A program made the position numbers and the translations under genes. Below the pieces are notes generated by a model. It did not search any database, was not told the DNA's origin, and saw nothing but the letters and a program-made list of their open reading frames with translations. Source: a virus (lineage: Duplodnaviria; Caudoviricetes). From it: a DNA stretch of 64,000 nt. The stretch lies in IMG/VR virus record IMGVR_UViG_3300008259_002957; one strand, written 5' to 3'. This document shows, piece by piece, positions 1 through 10,876 of this stretch (the first letter of the stretch is position 1; each line of letters begins with the position of its first letter).

Positions 1-362
1 GTAAACCCAATATCACCCTGACTGCCAGTAAATCCAATAACGCCTTGTGATCCAGTGTACCCAACGTCACCTCGACTGCCAGTAAATCCAAAACTACCTG
101 TAAACCCAACGTCACCTCGACTGCCAGTAAATCCAATAACGCCTTGTGACCCTGTGTAACCTTTAAACTCTTCAGCATAGGTTGTAATGTCAATCCAGGT
201 TCTTGTACCGTCGGTGTCACCTACAAGTATAGACTCATCAACTGTTGGTAGTCCTAGATCCGGTTCTGCATTGGCAAGATTAAGAAAACTGCTTCTGTCA
301 GAATCTAGTTCTGAACCTACAAGTTTCTTTACCTTTCCGCTGACTAGTCTGCTTTTACTCAT
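1..362 (-). CDS. Collagen-like (GYTGSQG repeat) virion/fibre protein, C-terminal part outside window
   Basis: Read by hand: ATG at 362 overlaps the upstream stop (AATGAGTAA); MSKSRLVSGKVKKLVG...EEFKGYTGSQG, then G-X-Y repeats to the window edge. Confidence 0.8.
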   Translation of the reverse strand, partial: MSKSRLVSGKVKKLVGSELDSDRSSFLNLANAEPDLGLPTVDESILVGDTDGTRTWIDITTYAEEFKGYTGSQGVIGFTGSRGDVGFTGSFGFTGSRGDVGYTGSQGVIGFTGSQGDIGF

Positions 363-693
363 TGCTGGTCTCTAATATACTCAAAACTAAATTTACTGCA
401 TTATTTGCACTGACCACTGCTTTTACACTGGCCCCTTCTTCAATAACCAACTTGCCTGTGGTTACTTCTGCTGCATCATTGGGTGGAATTGTAAACTCTT
501 TAAGCATGATATAATCAGTATTGTTTTTTCTAAGAGTAAACGTAACAGTTGCATTACTTGCACTTATATTACTGGCTTGGGCTCCCAACACAATAGTTGT
601 AATGCCACTGGGTGTGGTATAAATAGTTTGTTCTGAAGTTGTCAGCTCAACTGCTCTAGTTTTAAATACGTTTAACGGTAATGCTGTTGCCAT
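355..693 (-). CDS. Hypothetical beta-rich virion-associated protein
   Basis: 112-aa ORF, translationally coupled between fibre-like genes. Confidence 0.7.
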   Translation of the reverse strand: MATALPLNVFKTRAVELTTSEQTIYTTPSGITTIVLGAQASNISASNATVTFTLRKNNTDYIMLKEFTIPPNDAAEVTTGKLVIEEGASVKAVVSANNAVNLVLSILETSNE

Positions 694-696
694 ATC

Positions 697-2961
697 TTAA
701 TCTCCAATTGCCAGTATGTAGGGTGTCATTACGGCAAACAAACTTTTTGTAAATGTTCTACCACTAATAGTACCTGTGTTTCTATTAATTACCAAATCAT
801 TACCAATTCTAAAATCGCCTTTTTGATCAGTTCCTGTGTAGTAGACTCTACCTCCATTAACTTCAATAACTTGATTTTCAGTTATAGGAGTACCACCTAG
901 ATAGGGCAGTGCAGTATTTACATTAGTTCCAGCACCTATCCATTCAAAAGTGTGTCCACTGCTGGTTATTAAACTGTATTGATGGAATGTAACATTTGTA
1001 TTATCCGAAATTGTATTTACTACAGATTCTTCTAATGTGATTGTGCTAGAATAAGCATTTTCAATTAGATTAATAACTACATTAAACAAATTGCCTACTT
1101 CTGTTTGTTCAGTACTTGTTGCTGCGGGTAGGCTAGTATTCTGCGAAACTGAGCCATTTAATGGTGTTACTGCTGTATTGACTACACAGGATTGTGCCAC
1201 TGTTTTAATATAATTGTAAGTGTCGCGTGTGATTAAGCGTTGCACACTAGGTATTGTTAAATATCCGCCCGAATAATATTCGTCTGCTGCATCTGCTGTT
1301 TGACTGTTGCCACCATACAGTACATCGTAGGTAATTGCATCTACAATGAAGTTTATATCTGATCTGCATTTTGTTGAATTGTATGTAAGATTAGGTTCAG
1401 TTTGTGTAATATAAGCAATACCTTCTTCAATTAAAAAGTTTTTATTAGCCTGTAGTATATTTTTTGCTTTAACTTTGTTTTGATTGACACTGGTTGGACT
1501 TGCATATATAATGCTTGGTGCAACTCCTACACCGTTTTCTAAAATATCAATTATAGTTGTTAGGTTTGTGTTGATACGTTGATATTCAGGACCTTGTGAA
1601 CTGTCGCTTGATATTAGATCTAGAACTTGTGTTTTTAGAAAATTTAAACTGGCAACTGTTTCAGTTTTTTGATTTGAGATAACGTTGGCGCTGCTGGCTC
1701 TATAATAACTTTTTCCTGCCAACACACTTTTATAATTGGTACTAAACATCATATCATCCACAGCCGCGTCAATGATCAATCCAACATCTCTACTGCATTT
1801 AAATTGATTGAAATCAAAACTGGGATAAGTTTCATTTAAAAAGTCTATAACATCTACTTGTATTTTACTTTTTGCATCAAGTATGGTTTGTCTAGTGTTT
1901 TTTGCATCTGCGGGTTCATTATTAAAGTTTGGGTATGTAATATCTGTATCAGCACTTTTAATTGCAGTTGCAGTTGCCACAGTATAATAGTCTTCATCAC
2001 CTGCAAATTTTACAGCGTCACCTATGTTTGGTTTGGCTAGTAAGTTGTCTAGCGTAAATGTATCTCCCGAAGTTGCCCCTACTGTTTTAGCAGTATATAG
2101 TGATGTACTTACTCCGTCTGCCTTTAGTGCATAGTTACCAAAACTGCTGTTACTGTTGGTCACACTGCAAAAGCCGCCACTTTCACATAAAAAACCAATG
2201 TCACAGCAGATAGTAAACACAGACACCAACTGTGTATTACCTTGATTCAGCATATGAATGCCTATACCGCCTTGATTATACTGTGTAAACGCATCTACCA
2301 CCATACTTCTTAGGCCGTTTACATGAGCACCATCTACTCTCATACCTGTACCTGTAGTAGTCATGCTGGTGCAGTTTTGAACATATGGGCTGGTATGAAT
2401 CACAGTACCTTGTGAACTATCACTCGGAAATGCTACTGCGGCAGCAGGTGCTTCATGATCCTTAAAGGTCATCTGTTCTAAATAAACACCATTAGTAACC
2501 CAAAACAAATCTTCAGTTTTGTTAGCAGGTCTAACGGTAACTGTTCTTAAATTATCGCCTACAATAGCAACACCTTCTGGAAGTACAATAGGATTGTCTT
2601 CTGTGTAGTCACCGCTTTTTACAAATATAGTTGTGCCTGTTGTAGCAATGCTTACTGCACTTTTGATTGTGAGTTTACTACTGCTAAGATTTTGTCCGTT
2701 ATTAGCATCATTGCCGCTTTTACTTACATAGAGAACATTCTGTACAGCAATATTTCCTACACCTGTAGAACCTACCAAACCTATACTTCCTGTAAATCCT
2801 CTTATACCACCATAGGGCAAACTGTTCCAATTTTGTGTGCCATTGCCAATTTTGAACAATTGAGTATCTGTTTCGAGACCCATTTCTGCTTCCGCAAGAA
2901 TTGGGTTAACACTTGCCCATTCAGATGCTGTACCTCGTCTAAATTGAATTTGTATTGCCAT
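697..2961 (-). CDS. Tail fibre/structural protein with Mtd_N-like N-terminus and beta-helix-like region
   Basis: N-terminus MAIQIQFRRGTASEWASVNPILAEAEMGLETDT resembles the major-tropism-determinant N-terminal (hyaluronidase-N) motif; short G-X-Y stretch; YVSKSGNDANNG pectin-lyase-like motif. Confidence 0.75.
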   Translation of the reverse strand: MAIQIQFRRGTASEWASVNPILAEAEMGLETDTQLFKIGNGTQNWNSLPYGGIRGFTGSIGLVGSTGVGNIAVQNVLYVSKSGNDANNGQNLSSSKLTIKSAVSIATTGTTIFVKSGDYTEDNPIVLPEGVAIVGDNLRTVTVRPANKTEDLFWVTNGVYLEQMTFKDHEAPAAAVAFPSDSSQGTVIHTSPYVQNCTSMTTTGTGMRVDGAHVNGLRSMVVDAFTQYNQGGIGIHMLNQGNTQLVSVFTICCDIGFLCESGGFCSVTNSNSSFGNYALKADGVSTSLYTAKTVGATSGDTFTLDNLLAKPNIGDAVKFAGDEDYYTVATATAIKSADTDITYPNFNNEPADAKNTRQTILDAKSKIQVDVIDFLNETYPSFDFNQFKCSRDVGLIIDAAVDDMMFSTNYKSVLAGKSYYRASSANVISNQKTETVASLNFLKTQVLDLISSDSSQGPEYQRINTNLTTIIDILENGVGVAPSIIYASPTSVNQNKVKAKNILQANKNFLIEEGIAYITQTEPNLTYNSTKCRSDINFIVDAITYDVLYGGNSQTADAADEYYSGGYLTIPSVQRLITRDTYNYIKTVAQSCVVNTAVTPLNGSVSQNTSLPAATSTEQTEVGNLFNVVINLIENAYSSTITLEESVVNTISDNTNVTFHQYSLITSSGHTFEWIGAGTNVNTALPYLGGTPITENQVIEVNGGRVYYTGTDQKGDFRIGNDLVINRNTGTISGRTFTKSLFAVMTPYILAIGD

Positions 2962-2991
2962 GTTAAAATCTCTGCATATTTAATGTATTTA

Positions 2992-5076
2992 TTAGACTAC
3001 ACCGCCAGCATCAATACTGGTAATTCCGCCATAATTACTGTCAGGTTCGCCGCCATCTAGATTTCCAAATGACGCACCAGTTCCGGACGCAGTACTAGAT
3101 ATAACCAATGCTTTAGGATTACTGCTGGTATCAGTTGTAAGAACAATATTATTGCCTGCAACAATTTCTAAAGTATCTAAACCTATAGCAATTAAATCTT
3201 CTTCACCATCTACTTTGATAGTTTTGAAGGTGCTGTTCATACCTATTTTAACTGAGCCTGATCCTAGATCTGTTACATCAAACCCGCTATCAGTGTCAAA
3301 GCGTATAGCCTCGACATTGAGGACAGTAATCTCTCCTATGTTGTTGTCGCTGTCAATCGTACCTACTGTTACAGTAGCACCACTACCAGCATCACCTTTG
3401 CTACCTACAAAGCCAGTATTACCAGGTATGCCTTGACTTCCTACAAAGCCAGTATCACCTTTGCTTCCGGTATAGCCTATTTCTCCATAACTACCTGTAT
3501 ATCCAGTAGAGCCAGTGTAGCCGACACTTCCAGTGAATCCAGTATCACCAAGGCTACCTGTATACCCAATTTCGCCTCGACTTCCTACGAAGCCAACACT
3601 GCCAGTGAATCCAGTATCACCAAGGCTACCAGTGAATCCTATGTCTCCCTGCGATCCAGTATAACCAACGTCACCTCGACTACCGGTGTATCCTTGAATT
3701 CCTCTACTGCCGGTGTATCCTAATATTCGACCAACATTATTCCAGAGTTCTCCGTCATATACCCATAGGTTGCCACTGGCCTGATCAATAACACCATTAC
3801 TGATTTGTGCATTAGGAAATGCAGAGTTTATTATATCTTGAGCGCTGCCTGCACTGGTATTTGCTACGCTCCCTATGATAGAAACACTTTTACCGTCAGC
3901 ACCAGTATCGCCTTTACTACCAGTGAATCCAACGTCACCTTGACTACCGGTATATCCTTGACTGCCAACAAAGCCATTACTACCTGTAAAGCCTTGTGAG
4001 CCAACAAATCCTATATCTCCTTTGCTTCCAGTATAGCCTATTTCTCCATAACTACCTGTATATCCAGTAGAGCCAGTGTAACCTATATCACCAATAGAAC
4101 CAGTGTAACCCATGTCACCTTGACTGCCAGTAAAACCTACTGAACCAGTATAACCCGTGTCACCCTGTGAACCAGTAAATCCTTTACTACCTACAAAGCC
4201 AGTATCACCTTTGCTACCAGTATAACCAATATCGCCTTGACTTCCAGTGTAGCCAATATCACCTTGACTTCCAGTATAACCAATATCGCCTTGACTGCCA
4301 GTGTAGCCAGTATCACCTTGACTGCCAGTATAACCAATATCGCCTTGACTACCTGCAAAGCCAACATCACCTCTGCTACCCACAAAGCCAGTATCGCCTT
4401 GACTTCCGGTATAACCAATATCACCTTGACTTCCAGTATAACCAATATCACCTCGACTACCTACAAAGCCAGTATCACCTTTGCTACCAGTATAACCAAT
4501 CAACCCCTGGCTACCAGTGTATCCAATAGAACCAGTGTAACCTAGGTCACCTTGACTGCCAGTGAATCCTGTGTCACCTCGTGATCCAACGAAACCTCTA
4601 CTGCCTGTGTATCCTTGTGGACCTCTAATTGGTCCTACGTTTTCCCATTCAGACCCTTTCCACACATGCAATTCACTGGCAATTAAATAACTATCGCCTA
4701 TAGTTGCTGTTTGTGGAAGTTGATTAACATTATTAAAACTGCCTAGAATATTAATGTTTGAGCCACTACCAACACCATCGTTGTCTATGCCTATCACACT
4801 GATTTTAATAGTGCCGCTGGGCAAAACTTCTAATGCAAAATTGTCTGTGTCAAAAGCAAGAGTTCCGGTGAATACACTGTTATCGACTGTGCCTGCTGTG
4901 TAATTTTGTACTCTTAAAGAATTTAGCAGGTTACCGCCAGGTGTAACGCCGTCAGAAATTACTATTACTCGTAGATCAGAACTGTAAAATAACTCTCCTT
5001 GGTCGCCAAGAAAAGTTTCTATTTCGGCAGTAGGTTTATAACCGGAAGTGATTTTGAAAAGGCCCGGTAAGGACAT
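2992..5076 (-). CDS. Collagen-like triple-helix repeat protein (fibre)
   Basis: Two long G-X-Y tracts built from GYTGSQGDI/GFVGSKGDT nonamers; visible as 27-bp DNA repeats at about 3390-4620. Confidence 0.85.
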   Translation of the reverse strand: MSLPGLFKITSGYKPTAEIETFLGDQGELFYSSDLRVIVISDGVTPGGNLLNSLRVQNYTAGTVDNSVFTGTLAFDTDNFALEVLPSGTIKISVIGIDNDGVGSGSNINILGSFNNVNQLPQTATIGDSYLIASELHVWKGSEWENVGPIRGPQGYTGSRGFVGSRGDTGFTGSQGDLGYTGSIGYTGSQGLIGYTGSKGDTGFVGSRGDIGYTGSQGDIGYTGSQGDTGFVGSRGDVGFAGSQGDIGYTGSQGDTGYTGSQGDIGYTGSQGDIGYTGSQGDIGYTGSKGDTGFVGSKGFTGSQGDTGYTGSVGFTGSQGDMGYTGSIGDIGYTGSTGYTGSYGEIGYTGSKGDIGFVGSQGFTGSNGFVGSQGYTGSQGDVGFTGSKGDTGADGKSVSIIGSVANTSAGSAQDIINSAFPNAQISNGVIDQASGNLWVYDGELWNNVGRILGYTGSRGIQGYTGSRGDVGYTGSQGDIGFTGSLGDTGFTGSVGFVGSRGEIGYTGSLGDTGFTGSVGYTGSTGYTGSYGEIGYTGSKGDTGFVGSQGIPGNTGFVGSKGDAGSGATVTVGTIDSDNNIGEITVLNVEAIRFDTDSGFDVTDLGSGSVKIGMNSTFKTIKVDGEEDLIAIGLDTLEIVAGNNIVLTTDTSSNPKALVISSTASGTGASFGNLDGGEPDSNYGGITSIDAGGVV

Positions 5077-5104
5077 TAGATCCCTCGCTAAATTAATATA
5101 GTAT

Positions 5105-5398
5105 TTAGCGTGTTAATCCGGCTAGAGTTCTTAAGTTTTTGATGTTGTCCGGTTGATCTGTGTCGTCTTCTGCACCAACGTCTTCGTCGTCGATCATTTT
5201 ATCTATAACTGGAGAATTTTTACCTAGTTCGGCTTTTTTTAGTTCTAATTCTTGTTGCTGCGGTGAGATCATAACTGGATTTTGGTCCAACTCATCGTCA
5301 TCATCGCTAGCATCTTTGCCAGCAACGTTTACTCGTGGTTTAACACCATCTAGGTCGATTGTGATTGGAATGTTTATTGTGATCTCATCCATACGCAT
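5105..5398 (-). CDS. Hypothetical acidic protein
   Basis: 97-aa ORF in a co-oriented late cluster; TAAATA-like motif upstream. Confidence 0.65.
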   Translation of the reverse strand: MRMDEITINIPITIDLDGVKPRVNVAGKDASDDDDELDQNPVMISPQQQELELKKAELGKNSPVIDKMIDDEDVGAEDDTDQPDNIKNLRTLAGLTR

Positions 5399-5406
5399 AT
5401 TATTAT

Positions 5407-6735
5407 TTATCTCTGTTCAATCCAAGTCATTGCGGCTAGAGCGTCTTTGTTAGTATTAGGGCAAGCCATAGCCAGCGTCAGTGTATCACTAACTGTTCCC
5501 ATACTGCCACGGCCGAGTTGATATTCTGTGCTTTGATCCAACCTAATACCAGTGCCGCCGCCGCCTGCAATAACGAATCCACTGTCAATATCTATGCCGC
5601 CGGTATAACTAGTAGCACTGACATCATACTGTGTGAATGCGTTGGCGTCAGGCATGTTTACAAAGTTAGCACCAGTTAGTGTAGCATTACGAACCAGTTT
5701 ATAAAACACTGATGTGTTGTCTACGGTGGCCGCTTGGAAGAATGTGGGCAATACAATACCTTTGAGTGCAGAACTTTTTAATCTAATGCTGAGTATAGGA
5801 TAGAAGGTGTTGGAACTGGCCATGGTCCTACCAGTAATAGGACTGGTAATGTTCTGTGCAATACCCATTTTAGTTGGGGTACCTTCTGATATAAGACTGT
5901 TGGATCCTTGATAGAGATAGTGTGTGCCTGCCACCCCTGTGAGATTTTCAATCTCTAATCTGATAGGCAGGAAAGGCGTTGAACTCCATGGTACAGTGGA
6001 TATGTTTCCGTGATTAAAGGTGTGTATTATGTGTGTAGATCCGTTGATCACAAAACCTACAACAACCTGTCCAGCACCATACCACTCGTAATCAAAACTC
6101 ACCATCTGTACTTTGGTGGGGTCAGCAGTGATACCATCTACTCCTAACCCATCTAATTTATCGCCGTTCCATTGACTGCGAGGAATACGATTTTCAACCA
6201 AACTGCCCGATGTGCTGGTGCGTACCACCACGTTGTATTCAGGCAATCCGTCGTTGCCGATTACTCCTGCATCTTCAAAGTAAAAGCCGTTGTTATCATC
6301 ATATAGCCCAAAGCGTCTACGTATACCTACGACTGGTGTTTGTAATCTAACTGCATAGGTCAGTGTGCTACTTCGTCCTGGAATGTATCGCATCACATTG
6401 CGAGTCTGTCGAATAACCTTTGCTCCTTGTGTGCTGTCCACTGCCATGTCTATCCAGTTGGTATTACTATTCCAAGTGGCAGATCCGCCCGAGGCAGTGC
6501 TTTCATCCCAAACATCTGTCTCTTTACCGTATTGGAATGTGTTGAAGAAGTCAGTGGTGTAGTTGGATACCTTCATACGATTCTTGCTGGTGTAACCTGC
6601 TTGGCTGTCTATGGTCCTCAGGGTTGGTCTACCTTCAGTATCATACTGCATACTCATAGTTAGATCGTTGGTGTTGGGTTCGTAACTGTGAATGTAGTTT
6701 GTGCTGTTGGGATTTAAATTAGGCATTAGGTCCAA
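5407..6735 (-). CDS. Hypothetical virion structural protein
   Basis: 442-aa beta-rich ORF with genome-typical codon usage. Confidence 0.7.
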   Translation of the reverse strand: MDLMPNLNPNSTNYIHSYEPNTNDLTMSMQYDTEGRPTLRTIDSQAGYTSKNRMKVSNYTTDFFNTFQYGKETDVWDESTASGGSATWNSNTNWIDMAVDSTQGAKVIRQTRNVMRYIPGRSSTLTYAVRLQTPVVGIRRRFGLYDDNNGFYFEDAGVIGNDGLPEYNVVVRTSTSGSLVENRIPRSQWNGDKLDGLGVDGITADPTKVQMVSFDYEWYGAGQVVVGFVINGSTHIIHTFNHGNISTVPWSSTPFLPIRLEIENLTGVAGTHYLYQGSNSLISEGTPTKMGIAQNITSPITGRTMASSNTFYPILSIRLKSSALKGIVLPTFFQAATVDNTSVFYKLVRNATLTGANFVNMPDANAFTQYDVSATSYTGGIDIDSGFVIAGGGGTGIRLDQSTEYQLGRGSMGTVSDTLTLAMACPNTNKDALAAMTWIEQR

Positions 6736-7142
6736 GGTCTCCCTAGAACTAATCCACCTACGTTAGGGTTGTCAACTATATTGTTACCTGAATATCGTGT
6801 AGGCAGTTGTGTAATATCATAAGTATCTGATCTTTTTAATGCTGCAATGTCTAGTTTCTGTAGCTGTCTTGATTCTCTGCTACCAGTTTGATTAGGTGTG
6901 CAAAGTATAGTATCCCCATCAACAATTCCTAAGTCAGCTACACTAGTGGTACTATCTCCATATACAATACTTAATGTATCACTTGGATTGCCGAGTTTGC
7001 TGATTGTATAATAGTTGGTGTCTAATCCTTCATCTGCGGCTATTGCAATGATAAGGTCGTCTATGGTTGTGGTATCATCAAACCCTGTGATACTGCCATA
7101 TGCTCCTGTAAGTCCTTTGTAGGTTAGGTCAATGCTGGCCAT
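6726..7142 (-). CDS. Hypothetical protein
   Basis: 138-aa ORF coupled to both neighbours. Confidence 0.65.
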   Translation of the reverse strand: MASIDLTYKGLTGAYGSITGFDDTTTIDDLIIAIAADEGLDTNYYTISKLGNPSDTLSIVYGDSTTSVADLGIVDGDTILCTPNQTGSRESRQLQKLDIAALKRSDTYDITQLPTRYSGNNIVDNPNVGGLVLGRPWT

Positions 7143-7444
7143 TATTCATACCCTCTCGGATCTTTGACTCTTATATCTTTAGGATGCTTGATTCCGTTTG
7201 GTCCACCACCAACATCAGTTGTAACGCTGGCTACATCTGTAACTGTTTCATTTGGTGTATTGCTATATTCTGTAGGGGCATTTCTATTTGCCAGCACCTG
7301 ATGTATCTGTCGAAATCTAGATACCAACTCTCCGTCTGCGTTGGGTGTAGGCAACAGTTCAGGTGAAGACTGCGTATGACCCCGACCACCGTCTACTTGA
7401 TCAATCAAATCCAATACACTTCTAATTATGTCTGTTGCTCTCAT
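7142..7444 (-). CDS. Hypothetical protein
   Basis: 100-aa ORF; overlapping start/stop codons. Confidence 0.65.
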   Translation of the reverse strand: MRATDIIRSVLDLIDQVDGGRGHTQSSPELLPTPNADGELVSRFRQIHQVLANRNAPTEYSNTPNETVTDVASVTTDVGGGPNGIKHPKDIRVKDPRGYE

Positions 7445-7674
7445 TGTATACCGCCTAGTCGCTTGATAGTGTCTAATTCGTCTGACTGTTTGTTCTTGTT
7501 CATGTAAGCGAGAATGTTTTCGTAGTCGTCCATGGTTACCACACGGTCTTGGCTAATACGTGTGACTATTTCAGTAACAAAATGCAAACTTACATCGTCT
7601 TTGATATCTTCACGTGCTAGTTCCATTAAACGCAAGAACAGGGCTACATTCAAACGTATGACATCATCTTCCAT
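7441..7674 (-). CDS. Hypothetical protein
   Basis: 77-aa ORF with GGAG RBS and ATAAATA upstream. Confidence 0.65.
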   Translation of the reverse strand: MEDDVIRLNVALFLRLMELAREDIKDDVSLHFVTEIVTRISQDRVVTMDDYENILAYMNKNKQSDELDTIKRLGGIQ

Positions 7675-7842
7675 AACAATTCTCCTATACTTTATTTATG
7701 GTTAAATACTGCATGTGGAAACGTATTGTAAATTTTTGGAACGAATGGGCAGAAACCTACAATGATCTGTTCAGTGGAAATTTGATTTATTTAAATTCCT
7801 ATGATGGCAACATCGTTTGGGTTCTTGACATGGAAGAAGACA

Positions 7843-9045
7843 GTGATCAATCTAGATCCGTTCAATCAGAAAATCAATGAACTAAAAAGCCAAGGCAAGT
7901 ATCGCGTGTTCAACTCCATAGTTAGAGAACGCGGTAAGTTTCCACGATCAATTTGGTATGGTCCTTATGCTATCAAAGAAATAGTCAATTGGTGTAGCAA
8001 TGACTATCTAGGCATGGGCCAACATCGCGTTGTAACAGACGCAATGCATACTGCACTTGATCAAACAGGTGCAGGATCCGGCGGTACTAGAAACATATCC
8101 GGTACCAGTTCGTATCATATAGCACTAGAACGTGAACTCGCCACACTGCATAGCAAAAGCGGGGCATTGTTGTTTTCTAGTGCCTATGTCGCAAATGAAT
8201 GGAGTCTGGTTGCTCTAAGCCAAATCGTTCCCGACATTGTGTTTTTGAGTGATAGCAAAAATCACGCAAGCCTCATACAAGGTATCCGACACAGTGGTGC
8301 AGCCAAAGTGATTTGGCAACACAACGATATGAGTGACCTTGCTGCTAAACTGGCCCAGGTCGTCGCACAAAACCAAACCCCCTGCATAGTGTTTGAGTCT
8401 GTGTATAGCATGGACGGTGATGTAAGCCCAATAGCAGACATTTGCGATCTCGCCCAGCGTTACGGTGCAATTACCTATATTGATGAAGTCCATGCTGTGG
8501 GATTGTATGGCCAGCATGGAGCAGGGTACCTGGAACACCTAGGTCTTCAAGATCGAGTAGATATTGTCAACGGAACGCTGGGCAAAGCATTTGGTGTATC
8601 AGGTGGATACATAGCAGCCGATTCAGTGGTCATAGACGCTGTTCGACTGTTGGCCAGTGGATTTATTTTCACCACCAGCATATCCCCTGTCATTTGCGCT
8701 GGTGCGTTGGCCAGCGTTAAATGGTTAAAGGTTCACAACGAAATTCGCATCCAACATCAGGCGCAAGCACTGAAGTTTAAAAACAGTTTGCTTGACGTGG
8801 GTGTAGAAGTTTATGATAAAGCCTGTACCCATATCGTGCCCGTAATGATTAAAAATGCTGAACGTTGTAAACAGTTGTCCGATAGGCTATTAGATGAATA
8901 CGGGATCTATGTACAATCTATCGGATACCCAACTGTGGCAGTAGGCGCAGAACGATTGCGTTTTGCTCCTACTCCATTGCATACCGACGGTATGATAGAA
9001 GATTGCGTCCATGCAGTCAGAAAGGTCATTGATGAAATTAAGTAA
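7843..9045 (+). CDS. hemA: 5-aminolevulinate synthase (PLP-dependent, class II aminotransferase family)
   Basis: Motifs [56 protein letters not shown]; likely GTG start at 7843 (ORF open from 7801). Confidence 0.92.
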   Translation: MINLDPFNQKINELKSQGKYRVFNSIVRERGKFPRSIWYGPYAIKEIVNWCSNDYLGMGQHRVVTDAMHTALDQTGAGSGGTRNISGTSSYHIALERELATLHSKSGALLFSSAYVANEWSLVALSQIVPDIVFLSDSKNHASLIQGIRHSGAAKVIWQHNDMSDLAAKLAQVVAQNQTPCIVFESVYSMDGDVSPIADICDLAQRYGAITYIDEVHAVGLYGQHGAGYLEHLGLQDRVDIVNGTLGKAFGVSGGYIAADSVVIDAVRLLASGFIFTTSISPVICAGALASVKWLKVHNEIRIQHQAQALKFKNSLLDVGVEVYDKACTHIVPVMIKNAERCKQLSDRLLDEYGIYVQSIGYPTVAVGAERLRFAPTPLHTDGMIEDCVHAVRKVIDEIK

Positions 9046-9448
9046 AGCACTGTGGTTTGCCACTGGCATACTCTCCATAGGAGTTGCATTTATAGGAGTT
9101 GTGGTTCCGGGTATTCCGTGGAGCACACCCACTGTGATTGCTGCCTACTGTTTTGCTAAAAGTTCGGATCGTATGCACAATTGGCTGCACAATCATCCAC
9201 GCTTTGGACCATTCCTACGTGGGTGGAGTGAAAAACGCATATTCCCTAGACGACTAAAATACCTCATGCTGGTAACCATGAGCACCAGTTTGTTGATCAC
9301 AGGGCTGCTAACCGGCAACTTGAATGCTGTGCTGTGGACCGGAGGCTTTATGGCCTTTGTAGCCGGCTGGGCTTGGAGATATCCAGATTCAGAAGAGGAA
9401 TACCAACGCCGTGTAGACGCTGGCGAACCCATTGCTTGGTTGCGTTAA
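9032..9448 (+). CDS. YbaN/DUF454 family inner membrane protein
   Basis: [45 protein letters not shown] matches the YbaN pattern. Confidence 0.85.
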   Translation: MKLSKALWFATGILSIGVAFIGVVVPGIPWSTPTVIAAYCFAKSSDRMHNWLHNHPRFGPFLRGWSEKRIFPRRLKYLMLVTMSTSLLITGLLTGNLNAVLWTGGFMAFVAGWAWRYPDSEEEYQRRVDAGEPIAWLR

Positions 9449-9975
9449 GCAATCACGTCGTCGAGACCCAACCACTGATACCAACTGTCGTGCTTGACAT
9501 CAAACGGCATCTGCTTGCGCTTGCGAACCAATTCATAGTAGCCCGGCTGATAAGGCTTGTAATGTGGCTTCATACGGCTGAAGTTGGCTTTGCGACTGTT
9601 GCAAGGAGCACAGGCTGTGATGATGTTGTCCCAACGAGTCTTACCACCTTTTGACAGTGGAATCACGTGGTCCATGGTAGCAGTCTTGTTGCTCACACGA
9701 GTGCTGCAATATTGGCAAGTGTAGAGGTCACGTAGATACACGTTGCTCTTGGAGAAGCGTGGTGTTGTGTTTCTACGTAGGTAATCACGTAGCATGATTA
9801 CTGCTGGGACACGGGTTTCCCAACGGGCCGAATGCACAACCCAATCATCGTACCATTCCAATACGTCACACTTGTCGTGGTACATATATAGAATTGCTTC
9901 TTTCCAGCTTACCGCACTTAGCGGCACTAAACTAACTGGCTGGCCGTCTGCGTTAATAAGCAATGTGTCTGACAT
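9445..9975 (-). CDS. HNH endonuclease (McrA-like)
   Basis: RDLYTCQYC...TMDHVIPLSKGG...NIITACAPCNSRK. Confidence 0.9.
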   Translation of the reverse strand: MSDTLLINADGQPVSLVPLSAVSWKEAILYMYHDKCDVLEWYDDWVVHSARWETRVPAVIMLRDYLRRNTTPRFSKSNVYLRDLYTCQYCSTRVSNKTATMDHVIPLSKGGKTRWDNIITACAPCNSRKANFSRMKPHYKPYQPGYYELVRKRKQMPFDVKHDSWYQWLGLDDVIA

Positions 9976-9992
9976 GATTTTCTTCTTTCTAG

Positions 9993-10337
9993 TTACTGTG
10001 GTTCAAAGTTTATACCTGTTAATATTTCACATGCTACACCATCTGGGTACAGCATAGCCACGGAAACCGTTCCGGTCTCTTGATTTGATAATACAGTGAG
10101 AACACCTATTGCGTCAACTACTTTTTGTTCATCTAAGATAAAACTATAGCCTTGACTGAAAAACAATGGCGTCTCACCGTAGACTGCTTTTCTTTCTGCA
10201 AGATATGCTGTGCCGCTGGGACTGCACACCCCATACATGGTAACCGGCATCAATGTGCTGTCCAGTTCTGGTTCTGCTGTTTGTGCCAACACCGCTCCTG
10301 GAAGAAACACTGCTAGTACTGCTGTTTTTATATTCAC
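9993..10337 (-). CDS. Hypothetical exported protein
   Basis: Signal-peptide-like N-terminus MNIKTAVLAVFLPGAVLAQ. Confidence 0.6.
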   Translation of the reverse strand: MNIKTAVLAVFLPGAVLAQTAEPELDSTLMPVTMYGVCSPSGTAYLAERKAVYGETPLFFSQGYSFILDEQKVVDAIGVLTVLSNQETGTVSVAMLYPDGVACEILTGINFEPQ

Positions 10338-10346
10338 TGCCTTCTC

Positions 10347-10874
10347 CTAAAAATAACGTGCAATGGTTTGACTGGCCACCGATTCTATTGCTGCTGTCCA
10401 CTGCGGTTCACCTGACAGTGAAAACACTATATCAGGATCAAGATTCGCCACCAACCAAGCACCACGGGCAATTTCCATATCCAACTGTCCTGGAGCCCAA
10501 ACCGAAGCCCCCACAGTCAATCTAAAGTACACAGGATCCACACCTCCGGCCAACTTCTCCAACATGATTTCGTCGGAACTGACATTCAACCCTGTGCCGG
10601 TGTGCAGAGTATTGGAACTGGCAAACTCTTCGGAATGCAACATCATCACAGCCGAAGTGTTCACAGGACCACCTGCATAGATAGCATGAGCAGTTACTGA
10701 AGCACCAAATCCACGTTCCTGTGCAAGATGTGCAAATGTGATCTCAGTTGGACGAGTTAGAGCAACACCGGCTGTACCTTTAGAGTTTTCTTCGTAGATG
10801 AATACTGTGCTCTTACTAAAAAATCCTAAGTTTACAGTGGGTCTAGCAATTAAAAATTTACCGACCCTGCTCAT
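10347..10874 (-). CDS. YqgE/AlgH (DUF179) family protein
   Basis: GKFLIARP...GVALTRP...YAGGPV...WAPGQLDMEIARGAW. Confidence 0.88.
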   Translation of the reverse strand: MSRVGKFLIARPTVNLGFFSKSTVFIYEENSKGTAGVALTRPTEITFAHLAQERGFGASVTAHAIYAGGPVNTSAVMMLHSEEFASSNTLHTGTGLNVSSDEIMLEKLAGGVDPVYFRLTVGASVWAPGQLDMEIARGAWLVANLDPDIVFSLSGEPQWTAAIESVASQTIARYF

Positions 10875-10876
10875 GT

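Noticed and set aside
697-2961. Diversity-generating retroelement target (Mtd-like N-terminus)
   Set aside because: No reverse transcriptase and no template/variable repeat pair differing at adenines seen in this window.
3390-4620. 27-bp tandem DNA repeats as a non-coding VNTR
   Set aside because: Fully explained by the collagen-like protein; variation falls at synonymous and X/Y positions.
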